The position numbers and the translations under genes are program-made. Positions 1 to 13,184 of a stretch of DNA of 64,000 nucleotides are shown one piece after another. Below the pieces are notes generated by a model. The model saw only the letters and a list, made by a program, of their open reading frames with translations. It was not told the origin of the DNA and did not search any database. The DNA comes from Rhizaria sp. SCN 62-66 (lineage: Eukaryota), in NCBI GenBank assembly GCA_001724265.1, contig MEDY01000137.1, positions 1-64,000 on the forward strand. Direction: 5' to 3'. The stretch's first letter is position 1. Each line of letters begins with the position of its first letter.

Positions 1-315
1 TCACATATTCATTTAGTCTAACAAATTTCATCAATAAATATATATGTATCAATCCAATTGTATTACAAAATCAACTTCCACCACAAATTTGCTTGGTCAC
101 CTACGGATATTTTAGCCACAGCTACGGATATTTTTGCCCGCAGTAGTACCATTTAGCACAACTTTAGTTGTATGGACGTTTAATAGTGTTTTGTCATATC
201 CTTGCTCATCCACGCTTTAAATCCAAACCATTCCTCTCCTTTCCCCATCCTCCTACAGTTAGCAGGAGGGTAAACCAACTCGTACATACGACGGTTTACA
301 CCCCCTGGTTTGAAG

Positions 316-990
316 ATGGTGGACTGCTTTAATCGGCTCTTTTCTAAGGGCAATGACCAGGTTACCAAGCCCAAGAGGGGTTGCTCCGGTGAAAACTGTG
401 TTTACTTCTACTGCAATGAGCACCCCGTCCCGCTCTGTCCATACGTCCGTAAAGGTCTGTGTGAGGGTCTGAACGCTGCCTCTGCTGCTTGCGCCTTTCG
501 TCATGTGAATGTTTTTTCGGCTTGTTACAAGAACACCCTCCGTAGCGCTTGCGACATCTCAGGCTCTCGCTTCTGCCATTACATTCATCAAGATGATCCT
601 TATTTCAAGAAGAAGAGGAGTGCCGAGCACTCACATCATAAAGCCAAGACTGCCAGCATGGGGGCACGTAACAAGCCAGCGTCCGCTCCTGAGCACAGCA
701 ACCAAGAGCAAGGCCAGGTCCTTGCTTTTGTCAACCCAAGTTCTACAGGTGCGACAAAGGGCTCCACGACGATCGCGCCGGGTCGCCGCACTCCGCCGAT
801 GAATCCGCATGAGCCTGCTAAGAATGGCGCCGCCGGTAAGGATCCCGCTCCCGCACTCGGGGTTCGTGTAAGGGTCGATCGGGTCAGTACCATGGCCGAC
901 AGGGGCGAGTCCCCGCTCGCCACCGTAATGGCCCTGATTTTTCTTGGAAGCGTCATTTTAGGTACACTTCTGCTGGGGCAACGCGTGTGA
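316..990 (+). CDS. Orphan protein with CCCH-like zinc-finger motifs and a C-terminal hydrophobic (tail-anchor-like) helix
   Basis: Uninterrupted ORF, ATG 316 to TGA 990. Motifs CPYVRKGLC-x9-CAFRH and CYKNTLRSAC-x7-CHYIH. Ends in LATVMALIFLGSVILGTLLLG. The last 45 codons are homologous to the antisense strand of SAS-4 exon 2. Confidence 0.55.
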   Translation: MVDCFNRLFSKGNDQVTKPKRGCSGENCVYFYCNEHPVPLCPYVRKGLCEGLNAASAACAFRHVNVFSACYKNTLRSACDISGSRFCHYIHQDDPYFKKKRSAEHSHHKAKTASMGARNKPASAPEHSNQEQGQVLAFVNPSSTGATKGSTTIAPGRRTPPMNPHEPAKNGAAGKDPAPALGVRVRVDRVSTMADRGESPLATVMALIFLGSVILGTLLLGQRV

Positions 991-1278
991 GTGACTGCGA
1001 GTGTCCAACGAGCCCTTGGCAGCCTCATCATTGAGATGACCATGTGCAGCATAGTGACTGTGGGTAGCCGCAAAGTTATTGCTCGCGTTCGCAGTCGCAT
1101 TCGTGTTGTTGCTAGTGCTGCTAGGGCCAGCAAACGGGGCGCTCGCGGGAGCGGGCACGGGCGCGGGCAGCGTTAAGCAGAAGCTGCAGGCGCTGCGCAA
1201 GCGACAGCAGCAGCGGCAGTCGGCGCCTGAGCTGGTGATCGCCGCCGACGCAGAGACAAAGTCGAGGCTCTCGCCATA
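856..1278. repeat. Inverted partial duplicate of SAS-4 exon 2 (source 3586-4017) with an internal re-inverted 76-bp block
   Basis: 856-1143 matches the reverse complement of 3721-4017. 1144-1219 is a direct copy of 3645-3720 with 1 mismatch. 1220-1278 matches the reverse complement of 3586-3644. Confidence 0.95.
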
Positions 1279-2120
1279 CTCTTTGCTAGAATCTTACGAG
1301 TAATGATTCCCTCACGAGTACGGAGACGCACATTCAACTCCTCATTTGCAAAGCTATAGACGCATCCACAAAAGAAGATAACCAGATTGCGAGCAGAAGA
1401 AACCTCAGTAAATGTAATGTTGTTGAAGTTAGTGGAAATCACATCATCACTGTCCAGAAGCCGTAAGATGAGAGTTGGCCGAAATCGGCTCCGGAGGCAC
1501 TTATCTCGGGCGTAACTCTTTCCTATGGAAGTCGTTTTAAGCCACTCAAATTGTATATCAAAGCGAGTCGAGCCCTGTATAGTGCTATTTCGTGATTGCT
1601 TGCGCGCAGTTTGAATTTGATGGGCGAATTCGATGGGCGTAGCTAGATCTGAAAAGGCGTCAAAATTCGGATTGCTCTGTAGGCCTTGGTGAAAAAATAA
1701 AAACATATGTTTGTAAATACAAAAGAGATCACACACTAATATAGGCTCCTTTTTTTCGAAACACTTTCATTGTAAAAATCTGCAATGTGCCGAAGTTGGG
1801 CTGCTCCTAGAATTTCGTTTCGAAGCCCCTCCAAAGCCGGCTTGCCACGCACACCAGCGGCTTTTTTCGGCCCTTGTCGCAGTCAAAACAGCAACGACTC
1901 TTCTCTTGGCTGCTTGTTCAGGATTCAAAATTACACGTCATATTATCGTCAACTAGTTGTATTAAGGACTTATCGATTAGGATACGAACTAAAATATAGT
2001 TACCGTTTTCAACTATTCTCTGTGTCACGTCTAACACTCTACACGACTCGTCTTGTCACTGCCTTCTCCCACAGCTTTTCCTTCCTCCGTTCCTCAGCTT
2101 CCTTCCGCACTGTAAGCCAC

Positions 2121-5100
2121 ATGGACGATGAGATTATTCGCCCCGGCGTTGGTGGTACGTAGTGGACATATGAACATACCCGGCAAACTTAATATCACTC
2201 TAGCAGCTACATGATATATCCCGTAGTCCTACTTGCCACTCCACTTGTTTGAATCCTTCCTTACTGCTTCTCTCTGCCCTTTCTCGATGTCGCGCACTGG
2301 CCTCGTCTGCCACACAGGTGCTCACGGGCCCCAGTCGTTCAGCGAGCTCCTGGACCGCCAGCTCAGCGGCCGCCGCGGCAGCGCAGCCACGGCTCAACCG
2401 CAGCCGCAGCCGGCACTGACGTCACCCTACGGTGCTCCCGTGCACAGCAACAACAGCAACAACAATCATGCGTACTACAGCCATAGCGTGAGCGCTGGCG
2501 CTGCTGCCGGGACCCGTGCTGGTGCGACTGTGACATCAGCCGCCGGTGACGACGACGACGGCGAGTTTGATTTCCCTAGTGCTGCCGCCGCTGCTCCTGC
2601 GCACTCTGCTCACTCTGCTCACTACAACGCTGTCGCGAGTGCTGCTGCAGGCGTCGCTGTAGGGGCTGAGGGTGGCGAGAGCATTTACGGCCCTCATGAC
2701 GACTCTGGCGCCAGTAACACTCACGTTCATCCCCACAGCAACAACACCTACGGCGGCTATAAGGACGACAACCACAACAACCACAACAACCACAACTATA
2801 ATAAGTATGCAAGCACGGGCGCCGACGCCGACGCTTACACTGGGTACGCGAGTACCTACACCGCTCACGGCCCCACTCACAACGCGCACGATGCCGGCAA
2901 CGATAACTACTACGGTGGGGATCACACCGATGCCGCCACTGCTTCTGGCCCTGGTGCTGCTGAGGCTGCTCACGGTTACTCTGCTCACGGGCGTTTGGCG
3001 GACGTGGAGATGTCGCAGAGCGGCATGCTCAAAGCGCACCGCTTCTACCCTCCTGCCAACGCGAATCCTAGCAGTCAGATGTCTGCGGAGACCAGTGACG
3101 CCGTCAGCAGCGCTGTAACTGAGCCCGGTCTAAGGGGCAGCAGCGGGCCGCATGTAAGTGCCAGTGTAAGGGGTGGCTCCGGCGGTCCTGCTTGGGCCGA
3201 TGACGGCGACGCGTTCGACAACCACAATCACAACTACGCCAACGCGGCTGCTGCCTATAACGGCGCTTACACCGGCGACGGCGCCGGCGCGTATCCAACC
3301 CAGGTCAGCGCTGGCGCTTACAATAACTATGCAGAGTCAGCCGACTTCGTGTCGAACCCCTACCATGGTACTTACAACAAACAGGGCGACCCTTACACTG
3401 CTGATGACGCATACGGCGCAAGCAACGCTGCTATTCATACTGCTGCTGCTGCTGCTGCCCCAGTCTCCGCCGCTCTGTATGCCCAAAACTACGGTCATAA
3501 CAACAACAACAACAACGGCGCTGGTGCAGGTGCAGGTTTCGGCGACAACGCCAGCGGCAGCGAGCTCGGCGGCCTCAGCGGTTACTATGGCGAGAGCCTT
3601 GATTCTGTCTCTGCGTCGGCGGCGATCACCAGCTCAGGCGCCGGCGCGGGAGCGGGCACGGGCGCGGGCAGCGTTAAGCAGAAGCTGCAGGCGCTGCGCA
3701 AGCGGCAGCAGCAGCGGCAGAGCGCCCCGTTTGCTGGCCCTAGCAGCAGCAGCACTAGCAACAACACGAATGCGACTGCGAACGCGAGCAATAACTTTGC
3801 GGCTACCCACAGTCACTATGCTGCCCACGGTCACCTCGATGCTGAGGCTGCCGAGGGCTCGTTGGACGCTCACAGTCACTCACACGTGTTCCCCCAGCAG
3901 AACGACTACACTTACCCTGGCACTTACAACAATAACCAGGGCCCTTATGCTGGCGAGCAGGGCTTTTACCCTGGCGGCCAAGGTACTTACTCGAGCGACC
4001 CTTACACGAACCCTGAGAACGACCACCACTACAACGGCGAAACGGGTACTTACGCCAACGAGGGTACTTACATCCCTGGCCACGTCCCTTACAACCCCGA
4101 GCCGGTCCCCGGACCGCCTCCTCCCCACAATAGCAACTCGCACCCCGACAACGCGTATGGTCCTGCAATGAGTAGTAACCCTTCTATCAACGGCGCGTAC
4201 GGCCAGCTTGCCCACAGTCACCCCTCTCACGGTCACTCTGCCCACGGTCACGCTGCCCACGGCCGCGAGCTCAACGCGTGGGAAAAGGACGAGGAACGGC
4301 CTGTTAAGCCCGCCACGGCGCCGCCGCAGGTGCTCTACGGGGGTGGCCTAACTTTGGGCGCGAACGACGAGGACGCGGAAGACGACGTGTACGGTGACAA
4401 GTACGACACTGAGCACTCTCATCCTCCTGCTCCCGCTGCTGTTGCTGCCGTGAACAGCGTTAGCAAGCCTCCGTACGCTTACAGTACTCGTTTCGACGAC
4501 GAGGGTCACGACATTCGAGACGAAAGCGGCTACGGCAACCCTCACACAACAAACGCTGACGCCGACGCTGACTCTGATGCTGCGTCGTCCTCGTTAGTTT
4601 CTCACTACTTCAACAGCGGCAGTGCTCATGCCAACACCGGCAAACCCCCTCGTCGCCCCGCCCCATCGCCGTCTAACTTTAACAATAACAACAATAATAG
4701 CACTCCTTCTAGCGGCAGCGGCAGCGGCAGCGGCAGCGGCAGCGGCAGCAGAAGCTCCAGCGTGGTCCGTGGCCGCATCCGCGTGCCCGCGTCAACCGCT
4801 TCCTCCCGCGCCGCCGCCGCTGCCGCGGCCGCGGCCCGCAGCAGCAGCAGGCCGCGCGCCGGCGTGGAAGGTAAGCCGCCGCGCGCGGAAAGCAGGTCGC
4901 GCATCGTGGCCACTGGCGGCGGCGGCCTGAAGCTGGTTTCGCCCGACGACCGCGCCGACGACGAGGACGGCTCCGCCGGCGCGAGCGCAGCCGAGGTGGC
5001 CGCGGTCGTCGCCGCGCTGCCCGCCGAGCTGCGGAGCAAGTACATGCAGCTGGATGGCGAGGTGAAACGCGTGGAGAAGGAGGCGCGCGCTCTGCGGCGG

Positions 5101-6710
5101 CTGCGGCTCGAGCAGCAGCAGGAGCTGACGCACATGAAAGCCGAGTCCGAGCGGCTTAAGCTCAAGCTCGCGCAACAGGAGGATGCGTTCAAGGCCAAGG
5201 AGGCAGCGCAACATCGCAAGCTTAAGGCGGAGCGCGCCGAGCTGCACAAACAGACGCAGGCGGTGCTGCAGACGCCTGACCGGCGCGATCGCGAGACGAT
5301 CGACGAGCTACGCGCACTCGTCGACGAGTACAAGAGGGAGCTTAAGGACCGCGAGGCGCGCAACAAGACCGAAAAGAGCTCTCTGCGCGCGCAGATCGAC
5401 CGGTTGACTGTGAGCAACGATACGCTCAAGGAGGAGCTGCGCGCGAGCGAGAGCGCGCGCCTCGACGCCGAGGCCGGTTTCCATCGCAAGCTGGCCGAGC
5501 TGACCGCGAGCGTCGAGCGCGTGAAGCTGGAGGCGCGCGAGAAAACCAACGAGGCCGTGCGCGGCACGGTCGCGGTGCCCAGCGCGGCTTTCACGCTGAA
5601 CGCGAGCAGCAGCAGTGCTGCCGCGGAGGAAATTAAGCCGCGTGCTGCGGAGGCTAAGCCGCCGCACGGGAAGAGCTATGCTGTGAGTTCCAGCACGAGC
5701 GCTAGTGCGAAGTCTAAGAGTGGCGCCAGTACTGCGGCGCAGTCTAAGGGTGCAGGCAATGCGAGTACACCTGCTGTGGGCCGTGGGCCAGTCCAGCTGC
5801 CCCCGACTCCGCAAAGTCAGGCCGCGTCCGCTCTAAGTCAGGCCGCGCCGTCGTCGTCGCAGGCCAGCTTCTTCGGCCCCGCCGCCGTGGCCGCCGCCGC
5901 CGCGGCCGCGGTGACCCCCGGCCCCGGCTCGCTGATCCCGCCGCTGCACCAGCTGCTCGGCGACGCCGTGCTCGTCGAGACCGTGGCGCGCGCCGAGGAC
6001 AAGGTCGAGCTCAAGTACAGCGACGGGACTCGCGTCGGTAAGTTTGCACGCATATCTGAGACATCATGTTTAGCATATTCACAACACATATCTTTTCAGC
6101 GAAGCTTATTTTAACTATATTTCGGTATATTTTTGTATCACGTCGCATATTCGCTCTACAACTCATCTTCACTTCAAATCACATGTTGCTGTTACCTTTT
6201 TTTTAGTTGCGTTTCCGAATGGCGCGCGCAAGTGCGTGTGGCGCACGGGCCACACGCGCGCCGACTTCCCCCACGGCGACTGGAAGGAGACGCACCCGGA
6301 TGGCCGCGTGGTCTACTACTACCACTCGGCGCACACGCTCCACACCACATACCCCACCGGCGGTACGTCTTGCTGACTTAATGAACCTGAGCACTACGAA
6401 CCTTAACTGACACAGTCGCGATCTGTCGCTTGTATTTTCACTTTTAATTGATTTTACATACGTTTTACGAAGAATGACATGTCATAACGTCTTTCAATTT
6501 CCTTTATGATTTACTAATGCGGTATGTTATCTTGTTTTGCCCTTCTTTTGTTTCTTAGTGCAAGAGTACCAATTCGGCGAGTCTCAGACCGAGACCCACT
6601 ACCCCGACGGCCGCAAAGAGATTGTGTTTGCTGATGGCGCGCGCAAGTCAGTCGCCGCCAACGGGCAAACGACGGCGACGCTGCCGGACGGACGCGTTGT
6701 GCGCTCCTAA
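2121..6710 (+). CDS. SAS4: Centriole assembly protein SAS-4/CPAP (CENP-J); exons 2121-2154, 2318-6037, 6207-6362, 6559-6710
   Basis: N-terminal IRPGVGG..SFSELLDRQL resembles the PN2-3 motif. Central coiled coil. Spliced C-terminus gives TCP10/G-box repeats (VAFPNGARK, HPDGRVVYYY, ETHYPDGRKEIVFADG). Splice phases are consistent; ends in TAA. Confidence 0.88.
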
Positions 6711-7071
6711 ACAATGTCGTCGTCCGCATCGCCAAGTTGTATTGAAGCACTTGCTTGTGTTTATACATCTGATGTTCGAATCAGTGTCTGAACTACTGTG
6801 TTGACGCTTTGTGATGCACATATTAAAAATAAGTTGTATCGATCTGTTTGGGATGATTATTGTTGGATCCGGTGGGTTTATTGTTTTACTTTACTTAATT
6901 CTTTTTCTGTTTTGTTTGAATAACGTTATGCAATCGTGATTGCATTAAGAATACACACCAGTATGACTGTCAGAGGAAAAAATTTCTCAACATGTATTCT
7001 ATCTATTTCATCTTCAGTCTTATTATTCATAGGCATTATATATAACCATAGCTACTCGTAATCACGCACGT

Positions 7072-10000
7072 TTAATTGTTGTAACCAAGTTCAGGCCCTT
7101 CAACCAAGCTACTCAGCCCCCCACTGCCATTGGCACCCCCACTTACACCGTTTGAGGCCGAGGACGGAGCTGGCCCCACCTGCGCCGCCGCGGGCACAAG
7201 CATGCCATCGAGCCACGACCCGCTGCGGCTGTGGGTGCGGGAGTGGCCCCGCGAATGGCTGCTGCTGCGGCTGCTACTGCCGCCGGCACCCTTGGACGCT
7301 TTCCTGCCGCTCGCGCTTAGACTCGGTGTAAGGGTCGGGCTGGGAAGCGTGCTGTCGCTGTTGTTCGCGGCCGAGTCACTCGTGATCATAGTCGGCGGAA
7401 TCTGTGCCCCCGCGGGCACCTGCGTCCCCAGGTTACCACCGTTGTTATAGTACGCAAGCGCAGCAAACGACTGCGGCCCGCCCCCCGTGATGTTGCCTGC
7501 AGCCTCCTCCATCGAGCGCCGCGTCTGCGCCGCCTGCAACCCGCTGAGCTCGGCCTTAGCGTGCAAGATCGCGATAAGCTCCTTAGTGAACTCGCGCAGC
7601 AGCACCACGGCGTCAAGGAACACCTGCTCACGCGTCATCGCGATGCCGTGCTTGCCGCTCGCCGAAGTTAGGCCGCCACGGGTTCCGGCGGGACTCGCGA
7701 CGTCGGCCGCGAGAGGAGTCGGCAGTGAGTTTTTAGCGACGGTCGACACAGCGCCGCCGCCGGCCGCGAACTCTTTATAGAGGCGGCGGCAGTGGAACGA
7801 GCCCGGTGCCAAAAGCGCAGTCGAGTCACGAACCCTAAAACATTTAAGACAAAACAAGAGATGTTGACAACATAGGACATTAGTCAGGTCAATTCAACAC
7901 GAATTTTCACAGATATCAACAGAATGTAATATCACCGCCTTGTCACATTTCATTTCTCATCGCAAGTCTATAACGAAGCATCTAAAGTAACGTACTTGGC
8001 GTCGTAGCGCTCGACGGCGACGGCACGCTTCTGAGCCTCGTCGCTGAGGTCGCTGACTACGCGCAGCAGACAGCGCGGACCGAGCGCGCGCGTGCCCGTG
8101 CCGCCGGCCTCAGTGGTCGTCGCGCCGGCGCCGCCGTGCAGGAACGGCGTCCGCGGGTCGAGCAAGTAGCCGTGTACCAGCGGGTGCGGGCACAGGCAGA
8201 GCTGGGACAAGATCGAGGTGACGTACAGGTTCACGGCGAAAGAGTTCGCGAATAGGTTCTCTAGCTTGTTGAGCAAGGCGCGAATAAACGCGCTTTCGCG
8301 GTACACATGCGCGTCGCTGGCTAGCTTCGTGTCAAACCCACTATTATTGGTACGCGCAATCGCACTCGCAGCAGTGTTGCCTCTGTTATTATCACTTTCG
8401 TTGTTCTCGTTCGAGAGCGTGAGCAGTGCCGCGGCGCCCATCTGCGCGCGCTGGTAGATGCTATCTGCGCCGGCCAGACGCCTGAGCTGCGTCTCCAGCC
8501 ACCCGCGCTCGCCGCTCTTAGTGTAGCGGCGCCAGCTCTCGACCGCGAGGATGCAGCTGCGGCGCGCGTCCGCAATGTACGGCGCGAGCTGGCCCGCCGC
8601 GGAGGCCGAGGCCGTGCCGGCGGCCGTCGCGGCCGCGGCGGCGGCGAAGGGCGCCAGCAGCGGCGGCAGATCACTGGGACCGACGGGGCGCGGGCGCGAC
8701 ATCGCGGCGGCTGCGATGCGTGCGGAGGGCTATCGTTACACAAGGAAATGTCAAGAATACAAAACACAGATTAAATGAGAACATATGCGATAAAAAACAG
8801 AGATACAAATACATTTTTCTGCAAAAAACTTGTTTTGAATTTACTTTGCGTGATATGTCAGAAACCTACCTCGATGTGTGCGAGCCCGACCAAGTGCCGT
8901 GTGAGCAGCGAATGCACTGCAAGCGGACCTTGCTTCGCTAGTACTGCGTCAACAAGCGCCAAGGTCGCGGCGCAGAGCCGCTCGTTGAGGCCGTCGATGC
9001 GGTTGATGATGATACTGCGCAGCGACGGCGCCGTATGCTGCTGGTTTGGCAGTAGCTGCTGTTGCTGCTGCTGTTGTTGCTGAGCGTCTGATTTGCGAGC
9101 AGCGTGATGTTCAGCGCTCTCGTTGGTGTCCTCAACCTCACCATCACACTCGCCTTCGTCTTTACCCCGGCTCGCGGCCTGCTCCGAAGTTACGCCGCCA
9201 CCCGTACCCCGGAGGAACACGTCGGTCTCGCTGGACGAGATGTCGACATCGCCTAGAATGAACCTGAACAGCGCCCGTTGCAGTTCCTTAGATTCCGCAG
9301 TAGATACCATCTCTCGGAGCAGGTCAGTCGTCCACACCGCGGTGGCCTCGACGACGCCCTCAACCAGCGGCTTGAACAGTGGCGCTAACAGGCCCTCGGT
9401 CAGCTCGCGCGACAGCGCCGCGGCGTAGCAGGGACGGCTGAGCTTGACGACGGCGTCGATGTACATGAAACGGTCCATGAAGGCGTCGATCAGCAGCGAC
9501 AGCTGCGGCAGCGCCGAGCGGAACTTGCTGCCACCGGGCGACGCGTGGGGGTGATGATGCGCGTACTCGTCGTCGGCGCCCGCGGAATTCGTGGGGTCGT
9601 CATTCTGTTGGTGGTGCCGATGATGACGATGATGGTGGAGCCCCTTGTGTCCCTCAGGGTTCGCGGACGTGATCTCATTGCGTTTCGCGAGCAGGAACCC
9701 AAACCTCTCCTTCAATCCGACCACCAAATCAGCGCAAAAGGGCGTCTCGGCGGTGATGTACTGCGCCACGGCGGGATGCGGCAGCCGCGCGCAGGCGAGC
9801 AGCCCGTGGTGAACGCGGAAGTCAGGCCCATCGTCGTCGCTGTTGACCAGGGACAACAGCGCAGTGAACACAGGGAACTTGCTCTCGTCCGCGTACCTGT
9901 GCCCAGGTGTACCGGGCCCCGCGCCCGCGCCGGTGCTAACCGCGCGGCTGCGGTGGCGCGGCGGCGGCGTGGCCAGCGACAGGGAGCGGCACCGCGCTGC

Positions 10001-11237
10001 GTTGGCACTGTAATTGCTGTTGGTCTCGCTCGCAACGCTGTTGCTGCGGCTCGTGGTGCCGGCGCCGGTGGCATTGGCCGCCGCTGATGACGATGCGAGA
10101 TCCTCCGGTGCGACGACGTTGCTGTTGCTGGTGGGGTCGACTGCCCGAGGCCCGGTCAAGGGCGTGGTCGGCGCTCCATCATCATGATCATCCGCTGTCG
10201 CCGTCGCCGCTACTGTCGCCTTCGCTGCCGCTGCTGCCGCTGCCGCTGCCGCCGCGTCAGCCTCGGCAGACTTGAGTGCAAGCTGCGCCTGCTGCCTGCC
10301 GGGCGTCGCGGCTTCGACGTGCACCGGCACCGCGCCCACGGGGTGGTCGTTGAAGTCGAAGAACTTGTCGCACAATACCTGGTCCTGGCCAATCAGCGCG
10401 CAGAGGGTCGCCAGCAGGCCTGTCAGCGCCGTCTTGTGACTGTGCGCGTTGAGGTCGCCGCGCGAGATGCACACGTTGGTAAACTGCCGCACCGCGACGT
10501 GAACCGCGGTGACGCGCAGCAGTGGGTACCGCACGTCCGCGAGCAAGCTGTCGAGCGCGCGCGTCACCAGCGGGCGGATGCCGGCGGGGCGGTCGGGCAG
10601 CGCGAGAGCGACGAGCTGGTCGATGACGCTGTTGTGGAGCAGGAACTGCAAGCAGGGGCCCGTGGGGGGCGGCGCGGCGCCGGCAGCCACCGCGGCGGCG
10701 GCGGCGGCAGCGGCCCTGCGTTTGGCGCTCGCATTGTTGTTACTGTTGTTGCTGTTGTTGTTGGGATCACTAGAGCTGTTCGCGGTGGTGCTGGTGCTAT
10801 TAGAGTTTGCCTTGATTTCATCCTGTTCTTGGATAAGGCATGACACGAGCATGGTAAGGTTGTCGCTGATGCTGGTGGTAGTAATCACTGCGGGGTCATC
10901 GAAGTTAAGCCGCCCATTAGAGATGATCGCCTACGAACGCACGAGTTTTAGCAATGTTCAACGAGCAAAAGCGATGAGTTAGCAACCAACGTAGGTTTTG
11001 TTGAACACAAAATCGAGAGATCATGTTGAAAATTTAAAAGTAACCCATTTGCGCACATTGATCATACGTTCTGTAACGATCTATAGTGCGATATTCGCTT
11101 TATCAAGTGTTGCGTACCTGGTACTCGTCGTTGATAACCTTCCACGAGTACTTGAATTGATCAAAGTTGCTACCAAAGACAGGCGACACAGTGGCCGCAA
11201 CCGCGCTCGACACTGAGTTGATAAGCCAGCGGAACAT
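7072..11237 (-). CDS. FHIP2: FHF complex subunit FHIP2/FAM160B-like, 4 exons
   Basis: Exon 1 MFRWLINSVSSAVAATVSPV..FKYSWKVI. Also GPCLQFLLHNSVIDQLVALALPDRPAG and FANSFAVNLYVTSILSQLCLCPHPLVHGYLLDP; DAVVLLREFTKELIAI near the C-terminus. Ends in TAA. Confidence 0.85.
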
Positions 11238-12050
11238 CGTGCCGTTGTCGAAGTAGCGACTATGCGTGCAACGGTGCTTGTGACAGTGCCTTATTAAAGA
11301 GCTGAGAGTCGGAGTTGACGAGATGCTGTCACTGATGCTCCTGTTGCTGCTGGGTTATGTACTGTGCAGTGACCGCACACACGGCCTGTCGTGGCACGCA
11401 ATCAGAGCAGTGATGCAGTTGTTGATGACAGTTGAACACTGTATCTGCGTGTGAGGAGCTGTCATGTGCAAAGAGATATGGGCGAGGAGTGAGATCGAAA
11501 AAAAATACAAGATTTGTGGAAAATAATCGACATATAAGAAGATGTCAGAACGGCGCAACAGACAATACGCCGTGATTAGCTGTAATAGTGCTGTACTGAC
11601 TCTACAATTGCTATATGTCGAGCGTGATGCGAACAAATAAGTGGTGACCTTGGCGGTCGCGAGCCATGTCAGCAGTCAGCTGCCCATCGACCCCACTGCT
11701 CACCAAGACCGCCATACTAGACCAAATAATAGCAAATACATACACACAACGCAAGGTTAATATTTGCACAGCTCGCGTCATCTCCATTAACGGATCGCAC
11801 ACAGTGAAATCTAAAACTCAATCCGGCTCGCGAGTCCCCCTCGTTTTTGTCGCTTGCTCTCACCAGCCACCACGCATTCCATTTTGCACATGCAATACGG
11901 AGCAAATTCATCGTTCTTTAGGAATGCAACCAGCATTTTCAGTGTTTAAATCACTAGTTGAATATTATTCCTTTATTATACCTCTAAAAATTTTCATTAA
12001 CATCCGAATCTGCGTTGCTTTTTGTCCCTCCCTATAGAGGCTTCACCCAC

Positions 12051-13184
12051 ATGCTTTCCCGCACTGTGTCCACGGCCGCCACGCGCTCCCTTCTGCGCAT
12101 CTCCCCTTCCTTCACCATGCGCAACAAGGCCATCCCAGCTTTGTCTCTCGCATTTGCGGTCAAGCCACAGCAGAGTTATCTGAACCTCGCGTTCACCACC
12201 CCCGTCCGCGCCTTCGCCACCGACTCTGCCAAGACTGCCAAGGACGCCGCCGCCGCCGCTGCCGCTGCCCCTGCTGCCCATGCTGTCAGCGCGGCCAAGG
12301 AGGCGCAGCTCGCGGCGGCGCGCCTGGAGGCCGAGGTGGAGACCGCGCGCGCGGACGCCATCGCGGCCGCCAGCGCGGGTACTGTGCGCGACGTCAACCT
12401 GCTCAAGCGGCGCTACACGGCCGCCGAGCTCGAGGCGCGCGCGCACGCCGCGGTGGCCAAGAAGATGGCCGACGTCAAGTCTGGCGCGGCGCAGCCCAAG
12501 ACGGTGGACGAGATCATCATCGCGCGTAAGGCGGCGATCGCCGCGGGCACCAAGCAGATCGACGCGATTGACGAGGCTAAGATCGATCTCGCAGTCGCCC
12601 AGCACCTGTCAAAGCAGATATTTATCACAGGGCCCAACAACGAGGCCGTGCCGCTGGTTGTCAAGCCCTCGAAGCACGAGATCCGCAACCCGAAGGCGCT
12701 GTGGGAGCGCAACAAGCAGACGCTCATCTCGCAAGGCCGCTACCACGCCGTGCCGGAGAGCGAGCTGCGGGCGCGGCTGCAGCAGAAGGTTGCGCGCAAG
12801 TGGGGGCTGCTGGGCCGCATCTTCCCGTTCCTGACGCGGCTCGAAGGTAAGCACGCCGTGTACTCGCCCGACAGCTCCAAGACGGCCGAGGCCAACGCCA
12901 AGGCCGCCGCCACAGCCTTCGCGCACAACCCTGAGGCGAGCGCAATCCTCTCGGTTGAGCAGGCCGTGCAGACCGAGCTCCGCGCTGCGCTCGACGAGGC
13001 GCAGGCGCGCGCGGAGAGCGGCCGCGGCGGCCGCGGCGGCGAGGACCGCGGGCCGCAGTTCCCCGTCAAGACGTTCCTGGTCGGCGTGGCCATTATGCTC
13101 GCCAGCTACGTCGGGCTCACTCTGTACGATTTCTACATGGAGTTCACCTACGGCATCCTGCCGCCCGGCAAGGACTTTGACTGA
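12051..13184 (+). CDS. Uncharacterised protein with a mitochondrial-presequence-like N-terminus and one C-terminal TM helix
   Basis: Intronless GC3-rich ORF. Starts MLSRTVSTAATRSLLR (Arg/Ser-rich, no acidic residues). TM segment FLVGVAIMLASYVGLTLY. Ends in TGA. Confidence 0.7.
   Translation: MLSRTVSTAATRSLLRISPSFTMRNKAIPALSLAFAVKPQQSYLNLAFTTPVRAFATDSAKTAKDAAAAAAAAPAAHAVSAAKEAQLAAARLEAEVETARADAIAAASAGTVRDVNLLKRRYTAAELEARAHAAVAKKMADVKSGAAQPKTVDEIIIARKAAIAAGTKQIDAIDEAKIDLAVAQHLSKQIFITGPNNEAVPLVVKPSKHEIRNPKALWERNKQTLISQGRYHAVPESELRARLQQKVARKWGLLGRIFPFLTRLEGKHAVYSPDSSKTAEANAKAAATAFAHNPEASAILSVEQAVQTELRAALDEAQARAESGRGGRGGEDRGPQFPVKTFLVGVAIMLASYVGLTLYDFYMEFTYGILPPGKDFD

Noticed and set aside
101-143. 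Two imperfect 21-bp direct repeats (CTACGGATATTTT...)
   Set aside because: Only two copies near the window edge, with no spacers or element boundaries; not CRISPR.
1173-1736. 187-aa minus-strand ORF running into the duplicated segment
   Set aside because: Non-ATG start, no recognisable motif, and the 3' end is an off-frame reading of the duplicate. It may be a relic but is unsupported.
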